Below, in pieces: positions 21,400 through 31,792 of a DNA stretch of 64,000 nt. Source of the stretch: an uncultured Acidobacteriota bacterium (lineage in GTDB: Bacteria > Acidobacteriota > Blastocatellia > RBC074); contig CAWEYR010000010.1 in assembly GCA_963813345.1 (NCBI GenBank), positions 70,592 through 134,591 on the forward strand, written 5' to 3'. The notes under the pieces were generated by a model. The model was not told where the DNA came from. It made no database searches and saw only the letters and a program-made list of their open reading frames with translations. A program made the translations under genes and the position numbers. Numbering within the stretch: position 1 is the first letter of the stretch; each line of letters starts with the position of its first letter.

Positions 21400-22473
21400 T
21401 ATTCGCTCTCACCGGGCGGCTTCGGTGGCGCCACAGGCTGCTGCTGAGGCTGTGGCTGTTGCTGCTGCTGTTGAACCTGAGGTGGGCGGCGGCGCGGCTG
21501 TCTGGGTACAGGTTTTGCGCTCGCGATCTCGATGTATGTCTTGATAATCCGCTCCCGCTCTGCAGGATCAACGATGAGATAGCGGTGTTTGCCCTCTGGT
21601 GACGCTGCGAACTTTGTGCGGCCATCATCTAGCACGCTGATGGTACCGCGGTTCCGATAACTTGAAATAACCCGCCTTAGACCGTACAGCATAGAGTACA
21701 GCGGCCATCGCCAGCGTCGGCGCATCATAGGGCATTGACTTGTAGGCGCGGTAAGCGTCAACGACAGGATGCGCTGGCGTCCACGCGAAATCCTTTTCAA
21801 TGCTTGCTCCTGGGAAAAGAAGTGACGAACCGACCTCATCGCCTGCAGCAATCACGGGAGTCGGCCATTCCAGGAAGAGCTTCCTCGCAGCCGGAATGTC
21901 GGTCGTGGCATTGAACTGCGGCGGGCCGCCTGGGTACGCGCCACAGGCAATCGAAAGAAACTGCACCTTGCGGGAGATGATATCTTTTGCGCCGTGGACA
22001 TCAAGCAGGCTCGCCAGATTGCTCGCAGGCCCGGTCAACACAACAATGCAACTTTGATCGGGCTGCTGCGCGATCGCGTTTCGGATCAGCGCTCTCACTT
22101 CGGCAGTGTCGGTGAGCTTTTCGATTCCGTGTGAGTAGACTGGCTTACCCTCCTCGTTACGTCTTGCCAGCGGCACCGTCAGCATCGGAGTGTCTTCGGG
22201 CAGCTTGCCGTTTTCGGCAAGACCCACGGGCAGTGTCCGTCCGACTGCTCCGAAGGCGCCGCTTGAGGCTCCTCCATAGAATCTACCAATGGCCTCGCAA
22301 AATGCCGCGGATTTGAGGTTGGGTTTGCTTACGCTGAGCGAGACGACGCGGGCTTCGCGCTTTCCTTCAAACCCGTAGAGCAAAGCCAGAGCAAGCGCCT
22401 CATCAACGCTCGAACCGAGCCCCGAATCGAAGATGATTCCTACCGGTTGTGTCTCTTGTGCCTGATCCTGCAT
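21399..22473 (-). CDS. Nucleoside-hydrolase-like protein with degenerate aspartate motif and Q/P-rich C-terminus; frameshift near 21640-21665
   Basis: ORF 21625..22473: GIIFDSGLGSSVDEALALALLYG in place of the canonical DxDxxxDD, and the rest of the IU-nucleoside-hydrolase fold. ORF 21399..21851 in another frame continues ...NRGTISVLDDGRTKF... and ends PRQPRRRPPQVQQQQQQPQPQQQP. Confidence 0.55.
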
Positions 22474-22487
22474 TTAAAGACCGCTTG

Positions 22488-22598
22488 GAGTTCAAGCTTT
22501 AGCTTGTGGTCGGCCCTGAATACGAAAAGTCCGCCAAGAACAATGCATCCTCTTTGAGGGTAACAATGCAACCACAAGCTAAAGCTTGAACTCAAACC
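22488..22598. repeat. Family A palindromic repeat, long-spacer copy
   Basis: GAGTTCAAGCTTTAGCTTGTGGT ... (58-bp spacer) ... GCAACCACAAGCTAAAGCTTGAACTCAAAC. Confidence 0.85.
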
Positions 22599-22634
22599 TC
22601 GTTGGCAAAACTGTCCGGGTTTGAACTCTGAACC

Positions 22635-23978
22635 TTAACTTAATGTCAGCCCATCCAGCCGCCCGGTCGCATCGCCAAAATTGTCGGTGCGAACTCCCAT
22701 GCGATCCATCATAGTCAAAAAGAGGTTCGCGAGCGGCGTCTCGCGCCGGTAGACTATGCGCTGGCCTGTCTTGAAACTCTTTCCACCGCGTCCGGCGATA
22801 AGTGTCGGCAGGTCTTCGTGAGTGTGCCGGTTGCCATCAGAGAGTCCAGCGCCGTAGACAATCATCGAGTTGTCGAGCATGGTCGCATCACCCTCCCTGA
22901 TCGCTTTCAATCGTGTAATCCACTTTACAAACTGTTCGGTGTGATATGTGTTTATCTGCGCGACTTTCTCCATTGTCGGTGGATCATTGCGGTGATGCGT
23001 CAGCGGATGATGGCCGTCCGGAATTCCGAGTTCGCGGTAGGCACGCGACGTTCCTTCTCGGGTGACAATGAAAGTTACAACGCGCGTCATGTCAGCCTGA
23101 AACGCTACCGTGATCATGTCGGTCATCAACTTGAAGTGTTCGGCGAAATCGGCCGGAATGCCGTACGGCTTCTCCATACCGGGATTGATTTCGGTCTTAT
23201 CATTTTCGGCCTTGTCAAGCTGGCGCTCGATCTCACGAATCGAACTCAGATACTCATCGAGCTTGCGTTTGTCCGTGGGACCCAACGTCGATTGCAGTCT
23301 CGTCGTATCGGCGATCACCACGTCCATCACGCTTCTACGGATTCTGCTTTGTTGCGCGCGAGCCTCAGGGGTAAGCGCGGCGCTTTGACCGAACAATCGC
23401 TCGAATAGCTGTCGCGGATTGAGAATTGGAGGCAGTGGCTGCGTTTCGCTCTTCCATGCAAGATTGTTCGTATACGCACACGAATATCCGGAATCGCAGT
23501 CGCCAGCCTGCCGGGCGTCCTCGATTCCTACCTCAAGGGAAGGGAATCTCATTTTGCTGCCGGTCTGACTTGCCACGATCTGATCGCAGGAGACACCTGA
23601 CAGAATGTCAGACTTGCTCTTACGGACGTGAACGCTTGTCAGATAGGAACCGCAACACCTGCCGTGATCGCCAGGCCCGTCCTGCCATGCGCGGCCGGCG
23701 TTGTTCGTCAGGTTGCTGAGCAGCAGAATGTCATCCTTCAATGGTTCAAGCGGCTTCAGTACCCTCGGCAACTCCTGCAGCTTCCCTTCATACGCCGGAT
23801 TCCAATGCTCCATCATTATTCCGTTGGGAACATAGACGAACATCATCCGGACGGGCGTCTCGCCGGGAATCCGGCTGGAAGCAAACGCCGGCGTCATCGC
23901 ATCGAGCAATGGAAGTGCAACGGCAGTTCCCATCCCTTTGAGTACCGTTCTACGGGAGAGTGCCTTGCGTGTAATCAT
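22635..23978 (-). CDS. DUF1552 family protein with Tat signal
   Basis: MITRKALSRRTVLKGMGTAVALPLLDAMTPAFA. HHPLTHHRND and HTHEDLP motifs typical of DUF1552. Intact. Confidence 0.85.
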   Translation of the reverse strand: MITRKALSRRTVLKGMGTAVALPLLDAMTPAFASSRIPGETPVRMMFVYVPNGIMMEHWNPAYEGKLQELPRVLKPLEPLKDDILLLSNLTNNAGRAWQDGPGDHGRCCGSYLTSVHVRKSKSDILSGVSCDQIVASQTGSKMRFPSLEVGIEDARQAGDCDSGYSCAYTNNLAWKSETQPLPPILNPRQLFERLFGQSAALTPEARAQQSRIRRSVMDVVIADTTRLQSTLGPTDKRKLDEYLSSIREIERQLDKAENDKTEINPGMEKPYGIPADFAEHFKLMTDMITVAFQADMTRVVTFIVTREGTSRAYRELGIPDGHHPLTHHRNDPPTMEKVAQINTYHTEQFVKWITRLKAIREGDATMLDNSMIVYGAGLSDGNRHTHEDLPTLIAGRGGKSFKTGQRIVYRRETPLANLFLTMMDRMGVRTDNFGDATGRLDGLTLS

Positions 23979-26341
23979 CGATGAGTTACCTCCTTCGGTT
24001 TCATGACGCCAGTTCCCGAAATCGCCTCACCGCGCCTGGACTGAAAAGGCAGGCTCTCGGCAATCTCGTAAATCAGTGTCTGAAACTGGTAGCCGGAAGC
24101 CGCCAGCTCTCTGTTGATCTCATTGATTGTTCTTCTATCGTAGCGCTCGACGCCGCGGCCGAGGGCATAGGTCAACATCTTTTCCGTCAGACAACGGACG
24201 AACTCGGGGAGTTCACCCTTGAGCAGGACGCGCATTTCCGCCGGGCTTTGGAATGACTTCCCGTTTGGAAACGTCCCGCTCGAATCAATCGGAAATTTGC
24301 CGTCGACTGTCCGCCATCGCCCGATTGCATCATAGTTCTCGAGACCGAAACCGAGAACATCCATCCGATAGTGACACGCGGCGCAGGTCGCATTCGAACG
24401 ATGCTTCTCGAGTTGCTGCCTCAGTGAGCCCGAATTGCCTACCGATTCCTCATCAATCACCGGCACGTCAGGCGGAGGAGGGGGCGGAGGCGCGCCGAGA
24501 ATATTCTGGAGCAAATACTTTCCGCGAATCACAGGCGAGGTGCGTGTCGGATAACTCGAGACGGTGAGCACGCTCGCTTGCGCAAGAATCCCGCCACGCT
24601 GATCGGTCTTCAATTCAACGCGACGGAACTCGGGACCTTTGACGCCTTCGATACCGTAATGTTTCGCCAGCAGCTCATTCAGGAACGTAAACTTCGCATC
24701 GAGAAAATCAGAGAGCGGGCGATTCTCGCGGAGCATGGCTTCGAAAAAAAGGCGCGTTTCTGTCTTCATTGCCTCACGCAACTCCGGGCTCCACGCGGGA
24801 AACTTCTGAGGATCCGGTTTGACAACATCCAGGTTGCGCGTCTCGAGCCATTGACCGGCAAAATTGTCCGCAAGTGCCGCCGTCTTGTCGTCGGAAAGCA
24901 TTCGTTTGATCTGCGCCGCGAGCGTGTCGGGTGAGCGCAGCTTGCCGGCTTCTGCCAGGGTCAACAACTCATCATCCGGCATCGAGCTCCAGAGAAAGTA
25001 GCTCAACCTCGATGCAAGCTCGATGTCACTTATCTGATGTATCTTTGTCGCGTCGTTCGGGTCCGGATCGCGCTCGATGCGGAAGAGGAAATGAGGCGAA
25101 ACAAGCATCGCCTGGATGGCGACCTGCACTCCCTGTTCGGCGCTCAACCCATCGCTCCCTCCGCCCTTTGAGACACTCGCGAGCTTCACAAGTGCTGCAA
25201 TCTCACTCTTTGTGACAGGGCGGCGGTAAGCGCGCCTGGCAAGTGAGGCGACGATCTTTTCAACGCATGCCCTGCCAGTGCCCGGGTCGCAAACCAGGAG
25301 CTTCTTGCGGCTGGGTTTGACCTGAGATGATTGGAACGGTCCGACAAAGATCATCGAGCCGATAAATTTGTTCGTCTTGCGGTTGTAAGCGTCCTTCTCC
25401 GAAAGACCCTTAACGAAATCGTCATTGATAAAAGCGACGCGAAAAGTATGGTCACCTTCCGGAAGATAAAGCCGCATCTCTTCCTCGGAATACGGATCGA
25501 AGTAAACGAGCTTTGATGGTTTGGTTTCCACGGGCATCGTGTGCAGCAGCTTGCCATCCATCCAGAAGCCCATCGTTACAGGTTTCGCATCGGCGGCTCG
25601 CTCGCCCGGAAGGCCGAAGCGAATGATGTATTCTCCGTCCCAATCGATGCGATGTGTCGCCTCGATCGTGCTCACATCCGGCTGCCTGATGTTTGCATCC
25701 TTTCGGCTGTACTCGACCTCGAGCGGCTTTTTGGGAAGCGGATCCGCTCCGATCGCCCTTGCCGCGATCCGCTCTGCCGCAGTCATGTACTTCTCCATCA
25801 GTACGGGTGAGATCGTCAGGACGTCTGCGATGTTATCAAAGCCGTCGCCCGAGTCATCAACAGGGAACTCGTCAGTTGCTCGGAAATCGATTCCCAGAAG
25901 GTCGCGAACAGTGTTCGCATACTCAACGCGGTTTAGCCTGCGTGCGGTAACACGTCCTGGGTCGGGCCTGGCCTGGAGGTCTGCCTGCTCAAAGAAAACT
26001 TCGAGCCAGCGGACCACTTTTTGCAGTTCCTCCTGTGACGGGCGTGGAATGCCCTTCGGAGGCATCTCGCCGGTGCGGATCTTGAGTAACAGGAGTTCCC
26101 ATTTCTCGCGGTTCTGCATGACAGATGCCGCTGTCTGAAATGCCTCAAGGTTCAGATTGCCCGACTTGAGCTCAGCGCTGTGGCACATGTAACAATTCGC
26201 CGCGAGGAACGGCTTTATTGTTTGTTGAAAGCTCGATTCAGATGAAGCCTCCTGCGCCTGCCTGGCGGGTAAGAAACCGGCAGCACCTACGATCGTGAAG
26301 AGCAGTATGATCACCGAGCGGAGCAGTCTTGTTTTCACCAT
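23975..26341 (-). CDS. DUF1592/DUF1595/DUF1587/DUF1588/DUF1585 multi-domain protein with N-terminal cytochrome-c-like CxxCH
   Basis: Signal peptide, then ...LAANCYMCHSAELKSGNLNLEAF. 788 aa, intact. 4-nt overlap with the downstream DUF1552 gene, the classical conserved pair. Confidence 0.8.
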   Translation of the reverse strand: MVKTRLLRSVIILLFTIVGAAGFLPARQAQEASSESSFQQTIKPFLAANCYMCHSAELKSGNLNLEAFQTAASVMQNREKWELLLLKIRTGEMPPKGIPRPSQEELQKVVRWLEVFFEQADLQARPDPGRVTARRLNRVEYANTVRDLLGIDFRATDEFPVDDSGDGFDNIADVLTISPVLMEKYMTAAERIAARAIGADPLPKKPLEVEYSRKDANIRQPDVSTIEATHRIDWDGEYIIRFGLPGERAADAKPVTMGFWMDGKLLHTMPVETKPSKLVYFDPYSEEEMRLYLPEGDHTFRVAFINDDFVKGLSEKDAYNRKTNKFIGSMIFVGPFQSSQVKPSRKKLLVCDPGTGRACVEKIVASLARRAYRRPVTKSEIAALVKLASVSKGGGSDGLSAEQGVQVAIQAMLVSPHFLFRIERDPDPNDATKIHQISDIELASRLSYFLWSSMPDDELLTLAEAGKLRSPDTLAAQIKRMLSDDKTAALADNFAGQWLETRNLDVVKPDPQKFPAWSPELREAMKTETRLFFEAMLRENRPLSDFLDAKFTFLNELLAKHYGIEGVKGPEFRRVELKTDQRGGILAQASVLTVSSYPTRTSPVIRGKYLLQNILGAPPPPPPPDVPVIDEESVGNSGSLRQQLEKHRSNATCAACHYRMDVLGFGLENYDAIGRWRTVDGKFPIDSSGTFPNGKSFQSPAEMRVLLKGELPEFVRCLTEKMLTYALGRGVERYDRRTINEINRELAASGYQFQTLIYEIAESLPFQSRRGEAISGTGVMKPKEVTHR

Positions 26342-26379
26342 TTGTGATGGTCCGTAGTGAACTCAACCCGACTAAGTGT

Positions 26380-26398
26380 GAGTTCAAGCTTTACGTGC
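26380..26398. repeat. Family A solo half-site (GAGTTCAAGCTTTACGTGC)
   Basis: Left-arm sequence only. No matching right arm within 150 bp. Confidence 0.5.
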
Positions 26399-26567
26399 TT
26401 TTGCCGGTCGAAGCCCGGCGTTTTCCGGACGATACTAGTATCTCGCAATATGGACCAGAGTTAAATCAATTAGCGTTTGAAATCGAAGGCGTTGTTACGT
26501 ACCCCGTCAGGCGATGGCATGCCACCATCTGGCATCAACCCTTCGATCGTGCCGGGCCGAGCCGGCA

Positions 26568-29219
26568 TCAGCCGAAATCCCGCAGGAAAGCTTCCCACTG
26601 TTTCTTCATCTTCTCCATGAAAGCCCGAAACTGAGGATCGCTCCTCAGGCTGTTCAACGCCGGTTCCGTGTTGAATAACGGGTAAGTGGGCATCCCGTGT
26701 TCAGCGGTGTTTTCCAGCCATTCCATCGCCTGTTGTTTCCTGCCCATCAAGGCATAAGCGCAGGCGATGCTGAATTCAGCATGATGGAAATGCGATTTGC
26801 CTTGCCCGCCCTCAATCGCTAAGCGGATTTGCTCCTCCGCTTCCCGTCGCCTGCCCGCGTCCGCGAGTAGAACCGCGTAGGCGCCGTGAAGATCGTAACG
26901 GTTACCTCTGGATTCTCGGCTGAATTCTTTTTCCACCAGGGCAAATGCCTCATCCTTCCGGCCAAGATGCCAAAGCGTCAGTCCCATCTCCCAGGCAAAA
27001 CCGGGATTGTTTGCCTTCTGGAACTCAGCCAGCGCCAATTCATATTTTTGCTGGAACCAGTAAATGCGCGCTATGCGCGGTGGCGCGCCGGGATCATTTG
27101 GTTCCAGTCTCAAGGTAGTTTGTAGTTCAGCCATCGCCTGATCGAGCAGGCCAAGGTGAACAAGCAAGGCACCCAAAACGCGATGTGCGATCGCGAGGTT
27201 AGGGTCAATTTCCAGGGCCCGCCGAAAGTCTTTGATTGCCCGGTCATTAGGAAAACCATTAGGAAGAGTCCAGGTCAGATTGCCACGTATGACATAGGCT
27301 CTTGCTAAATTCGGATCGAGGTTGAGCGCTTTTTGCAGGGCGACATAGATCTCTCCTCATACTTCTTGTCCGACTGATTGAAGAAGAGAATGGCAGATGC
27401 GGATGCTATGCCAGCATGCGCCAGCGCATAGGACGGATCGAGCGTCGTGGCGCGATCGAACATTGCTATAGCCTTCTCCATATTCTCTTTCCCACCCTCG
27501 TTAGCCAGATAATAGCTGCCTCGTAAGTAATAATCGTATGCCTCCGCGTTCTTCGTGGGCGGGCTGGCGAGTTGTTTTTCTTCGCCGGCAGTCAGAGTTA
27601 CGTTGAGAGCTTTGACCACGTTAGATGAAATATCGTCCTGCAATTCGAAAGCATGTCTTCATCTCTCGATCCAGGGTTTTGGCCCAGAGCGATGCACCGT
27701 CTGGCACCCTGAGCAAATTCAGGCTGACTCGCAGGTGGTCACCTACGCGTTGCACCGAACCATCGAGCACCGCGTCAACCTGCAGCTCACGGCCAACCTC
27801 CAACGGATCAACTTTCTGATTATGGTAGCCGTGGACGGCGCTGATAGGGCGCACAACGAGTGTCTTCATCTGGCTCGTCCGTGTGATGATGGCGTCAGCG
27901 ATGCCCAGCCCCAGATAATCATCACCCGTCTCACGGTTGAGTGATTTGAACGGCAGCACGGCCAGCGACCTGACTTCGGTCACCGCTTGTTGATTCGTCG
28001 TTTGTTTAGGGCGGGAGAGCACGAAGATGAGCACTGCTACCGCCAATACCGCAAGGGTCGCAATGATTAAGAAGGGACGTGCCCGGCGCCTTCCGCTCAG
28101 CTCCCGGCTCTTCACCGCCGTAACGGCCGCTGGTGACTGCAGATCTCGCTCGAGGTCTCTCAAGTCGGTACACAATTGTGCCGCCGATTGGTAACGTTCC
28201 TCTCGATCCTTCGCCAGACACTTGCTTACGATCCGTTCCAGTGCAGCTGGTGTTTCAGCTCGATGCTTCCTTAACGGCGGTGGCTCGGCGATCAGTAGAG
28301 CAGCCATCTCGTCGCTCATTGTCGCGCCTGCAAACGGCCTGCACCCCGCGATCATCTCGTAGAGCATCACTCCCAGACTGAAGATGTCTGTCCGGTGATC
28401 CACCTTCTGCCCGCGAGCCTGCTCCGGCGACATATAACTCACTGTTCCCATCACTACGCCGGACTCCGTGCTCAGCGGCGCTGGCGCTGCTGTTTGTGAA
28501 TCAGCCACCACCGTTGACGCAGGCTGCTCCGTGAGCTTGGCCAGGCCGAAGTCGAGGATTTTGACCAGTCCGTCGGGCCGCACCATTACGTTCTCCGGCT
28601 TGATGTCACGGTGGATGATCCCGGCCTCGTGCGCTAAGCTCAACGCGCCTGCAATCTGAATGGCTATCCCCGTCGCATGGCTAACGGCCAGCCCCCCACG
28701 CTTGATGATCGCTCGCAGCGTCTCGCCTTCGACAAACTCGCTGACGATGTAGTGCGCGCCGCCATCTTCGCCGATCTCATGAATGGTGAGGATGTTCGGG
28801 TGATTTAGTGCTGAGGCCGCCTTTGCTTCGCGTTCAAAACGACGAAGCCGGTCGGGGTTTTTGGTGAAGACTGCGGGCAGCACTTTGAGCGCGACCTTAC
28901 GCTCGAGCTTCGTATCTTCGGCCAGGAAGACTTCTCCCATTCCACCCCGGCCGAGCTGGCTGACGATCACATAAGGCCCGATTCGGCGCCCCGCTTGAAA
29001 TTCATTGCTTTCTTCTGTTGGCCCGGCAGTCTCCGCAAAGACTGGCGAATCAATGAAGCTGCCCTCCCGCTCGTGCGCGACGAGCAATCGCTCGGCTTCC
29101 GCGCGCAACTGCTCATCGTCGCCGCACACCTTCGCCAGATGGGCTGCACGCGCCTCTCCCTGAAGCTCCAGCGCCTCGTGGAACAGAACGTCCAGTTTTT
29201 TCCAGCGTTCCGGTGTCAT
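26568..29219 (-). CDS. Ser/Thr protein kinase with TM segment, periplasmic domain and C-terminal TPR repeats (two frameshifts near 27630 and 27320)
   Basis: Kinase motifs [32 protein letters not shown] segment [18 protein letters not shown]. The protein continues in ORF 27305..27643 ([19 protein letters not shown]...) and the TPR ORF 26568..27176 in other frames. Confidence 0.8.
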
Positions 29220-29221
29220 CG

Positions 29222-29785
29222 CTATTCATTACTGATTTCGCTGCGCAGGAAGGCGCGAGCCAGACTCCAATCGCGCTTGACCGTGGCCGGCGATATCTTC
29301 ATCGCTTCCGCCGTCTCCTCAATGGTCAACCCGCCGAAATAGCGCAACTCCACGATCCGCGACTTCTGTGCGTCCATCGCTTCCAACCGCCGGAGCGCGT
29401 CATCGAGCGCGAGCAGGTTGACATCGCGGTCTTCGGCCTGCCGATCGGCTTTGCTGAGCGACAGCAGATATTCACCCCCGCCTCGTTTGGCCGCCTGCCG
29501 GCTGCGCGCGTGTTCGACCAGGATGTGTCGCATCCGCACCGCCGCGATGCCGAAGAAGTGCGCCCGGTTCTGCCAATCTACATCCTTTTCATCCACCAGC
29601 CGCAGATAGGCCTGATGAACCAGGTCGGAAGGTTGCAGGGTGTGGCCGGGTCGCTCCTGGCGCAGGTAGTACCTGGCCAAACGCCTCAGCTCGCTGTAGA
29701 CCCGTGACGCCAATTCATCGAGCGCGGCCTGATCGCCGTTGCGCCACTTGACCAACAGTTTAGTAATCGTGGCCTGGGGTGTCAT
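29222..29785 (-). CDS. ECF sigma factor, STK-associated type (ECF43/TIGR02999-like)
   Basis: Region 2 (LVHQAYLRLV) and region 4 (LTIEETAEAMKISPATVKRDWSLARAFL). The stop is 3 nt from the kinase start. Confidence 0.8.
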   Translation of the reverse strand: MTPQATITKLLVKWRNGDQAALDELASRVYSELRRLARYYLRQERPGHTLQPSDLVHQAYLRLVDEKDVDWQNRAHFFGIAAVRMRHILVEHARSRQAAKRGGGEYLLSLSKADRQAEDRDVNLLALDDALRRLEAMDAQKSRIVELRYFGGLTIEETAEAMKISPATVKRDWSLARAFLRSEISNE

Positions 29786-29978
29786 TGCTCATAGCTCGGC
29801 CGTCACAAGCAAATTCAAAACGACGGCGCTGGTGATTCTCGCGCTTTTCCTGCCAGCAGGATTGATCTTTGACAGCGAACAACCGTGTATTATCAGCGAG
29901 TTGGAGTGGTTCTTTGAGGTACTAACCGACAAAATGCTAAGATCACAGCGCATTTGTATTTCGAAAAGGAATCATACG

Positions 29979-30650
29979 ATGAAAGACAGTGCTGACGCCA
30001 TCATTCGTAGTGAACAGGCTGGTTATCTGAGCGGCCTGCTTCCACCGCGCGATTCCCTGCTCAGCGAAATGGAAGCCTATTCGGCCGAGAATCACGTTCC
30101 CAGCTCCGATCCAGAGGTCGCGCTGTTTCTCGCGATTACGGCCCGGGCGATGAAGGCCCGGCGCGCCCTCGAGGTGGGCACTGCCATTGGTTACGGCGCG
30201 ATTGTTATGGCACGCGCGATGGGTGATGACGGAAAGGTCACGACGATCGATCCGAGCGAAGAGCGAATCGCGACCGCGCGCAATTTTATTGCAAGGGCCC
30301 AGTTGACGTCACAAATCGAGATCGTCAAAGGCAAAGCGCTCGACATCATCCCAAAACTCGACCCGGGCTTCGATCTGGCCTATATCGACGCGGTCAAAGA
30401 GGAGTATACGGATTATCTGAACGTCATCGTTCCGAAGATGAGGATCGGCGGGGTAATCGTTGCCGACAACGTCCTCTGGAAGGGTCAGGTTGCCAGCGGC
30501 AACCTCCGTTCTCCTGACCAGGAGTCGTCCACAAACGCATTGCGTGACTTCAATCAGGTCTTTACAACCCATCCGCAGCTCAATTCAATCATTCTTCCAC
30601 TTGGAGATGGCCTCGCATATGGAATCAAGATCGCAGGCATTGGCAGCTGA
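29979..30650 (+). CDS. Class I SAM-dependent O-methyltransferase (family 3, caffeoyl-CoA OMT/YrrM-like)
   Basis: LEVGTAIGYGAIVMARAMGDDGKVTTID...FDLAYIDAVKEEY...GGVIVADNVLWKG. The start is chosen at MKDSADAII. The upstream part of the ORF overlaps the sigma-factor gene. Confidence 0.75.
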   Translation: MKDSADAIIRSEQAGYLSGLLPPRDSLLSEMEAYSAENHVPSSDPEVALFLAITARAMKARRALEVGTAIGYGAIVMARAMGDDGKVTTIDPSEERIATARNFIARAQLTSQIEIVKGKALDIIPKLDPGFDLAYIDAVKEEYTDYLNVIVPKMRIGGVIVADNVLWKGQVASGNLRSPDQESSTNALRDFNQVFTTHPQLNSIILPLGDGLAYGIKIAGIGS

Positions 30651-31635
30651 CGCTACCGCCCCTGAGGTGTCGATCGAAGGGATACAGTCGGCGCGCGACG
30701 TGGTCTATCGTCATATCGAGCGCACGCCACTCGGAAGCTATCCCCTTCTCGACGCGGCGCTTGGGACTCGAATTCTCGTGAAGCACGAAAACCATCTGCC
30801 GACAGGCGCGTTCAAGATTCGGGGTGGGCTCAACTTTCTGCATCACTTCAGCACCGCGCGGACTCACGATGGAGTCATCACCGCCACGCGCGGTAATCAC
30901 GGGCAATCGATAGCGCTTGCAGCAAGCCTCTTCAACACTCCATCAACGGTCGTCGTTCCCTTTGGCAATAATCCGGAAAAGAATGAGGCAATGCGCGCTT
31001 ACGGTGCGCGGCTCATCGAGTTCGGCCGTGACTTTGATGAAGCGCGAGAAGAAGCCGAACGCCTGGCCGCAAGCGAGAATCTGCGGAACGTACATCCGGC
31101 CAATGAGCCTGTGCTGATAAACGGGGTAGGAACTTATGCTCTCGAGATCGTCGACTGGCTGAAAGCACGGAACGAAACTCTTGATGCGATTTTTGTTCCG
31201 ATCGGTCTCGGCAGCGGTATCTGCGGAGTGGCTACGGTCTTCAAAGCGCTTTCGCCTGAGACAAGAATCATCGGAGTTCAGGCGGAAGGTGCACCGAGCA
31301 TATTCCTCTCGTGGCAGGCCGGTCACGCGGTTTCGACGCCCGGGGCACATACAATGGCGGATGGAATTGCAACGCGCGTGCCGGCCGAGCTGACCCTGGA
31401 TATCATTCTGAAAAAAGTTGATGAAGTGATGCTGGTCAGCGAAAGCGAGATCATTCGCGCGATCAGGCTGATCTGGCGGACGACACACAACCTGGTCGAA
31501 GGTGCCGCAGCAAGCGCTGTTGCAGCCGCCGTCAAGTCGAAGGAGAAGCTCAAGGGGAAGACGGCAGGCTGCGTGCTGAGCGGCGCCAATCTCGACTCAG
31601 CTACGATCGCTACCGTGTTTTCAAGACTGGATTGA
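30607..31635 (+). CDS. PLP-dependent threonine/serine dehydratase family protein (copy 1, intact)
   Basis: LVKHENHLPTGAFKIRGGLNF ... GNHGQSIALAASLF ... SGANLD. The start at MASHMESRS overlaps the OMT 3' end. Confidence 0.75.
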   Translation: MASHMESRSQALAADATAPEVSIEGIQSARDVVYRHIERTPLGSYPLLDAALGTRILVKHENHLPTGAFKIRGGLNFLHHFSTARTHDGVITATRGNHGQSIALAASLFNTPSTVVVPFGNNPEKNEAMRAYGARLIEFGRDFDEAREEAERLAASENLRNVHPANEPVLINGVGTYALEIVDWLKARNETLDAIFVPIGLGSGICGVATVFKALSPETRIIGVQAEGAPSIFLSWQAGHAVSTPGAHTMADGIATRVPAELTLDIILKKVDEVMLVSESEIIRAIRLIWRTTHNLVEGAAASAVAAAVKSKEKLKGKTAGCVLSGANLDSATIATVFSRLD

Positions 31636-31646
31636 TCCCAACGCCT

Positions 31647-31762
31647 GGGAGCGCCGGCCTCCGGCCGGCCACGAGCCGCGAAGCGTGCGAGTCGTGGAGA
31701 GTCCTTGTGCTGAAGACTCGCACGCTTCGCGGCTCGTGGCCGGCCGGGAGGCCGGCGCTCCC
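31647..31762. repeat. Family D 116-bp palindrome (GGGAGCGCCGGCCTCCGGCCGGCCACGAGCCGCGAAGCGTGCGAGTC ... GACTCGCACGCTTCGCGGCTCGTGGCCGGCCGGGAGGCCGGCGCTCCC)
   Basis: Near-perfect inverted halves. Terminal GGGAGCGCC/GGCGCTCCC shared with Family C. Second copy at 32766..32882. Confidence 0.85.
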
Positions 31763-31792
31763 AGGCGCGCTGCAAGGTACCTAAGTTCTATT

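Noticed and set aside
25521-26138. 205-aa plus-strand ORF
   Set aside because: Entirely antisense to the intact 788-aa DUF1592-family gene. No motif.
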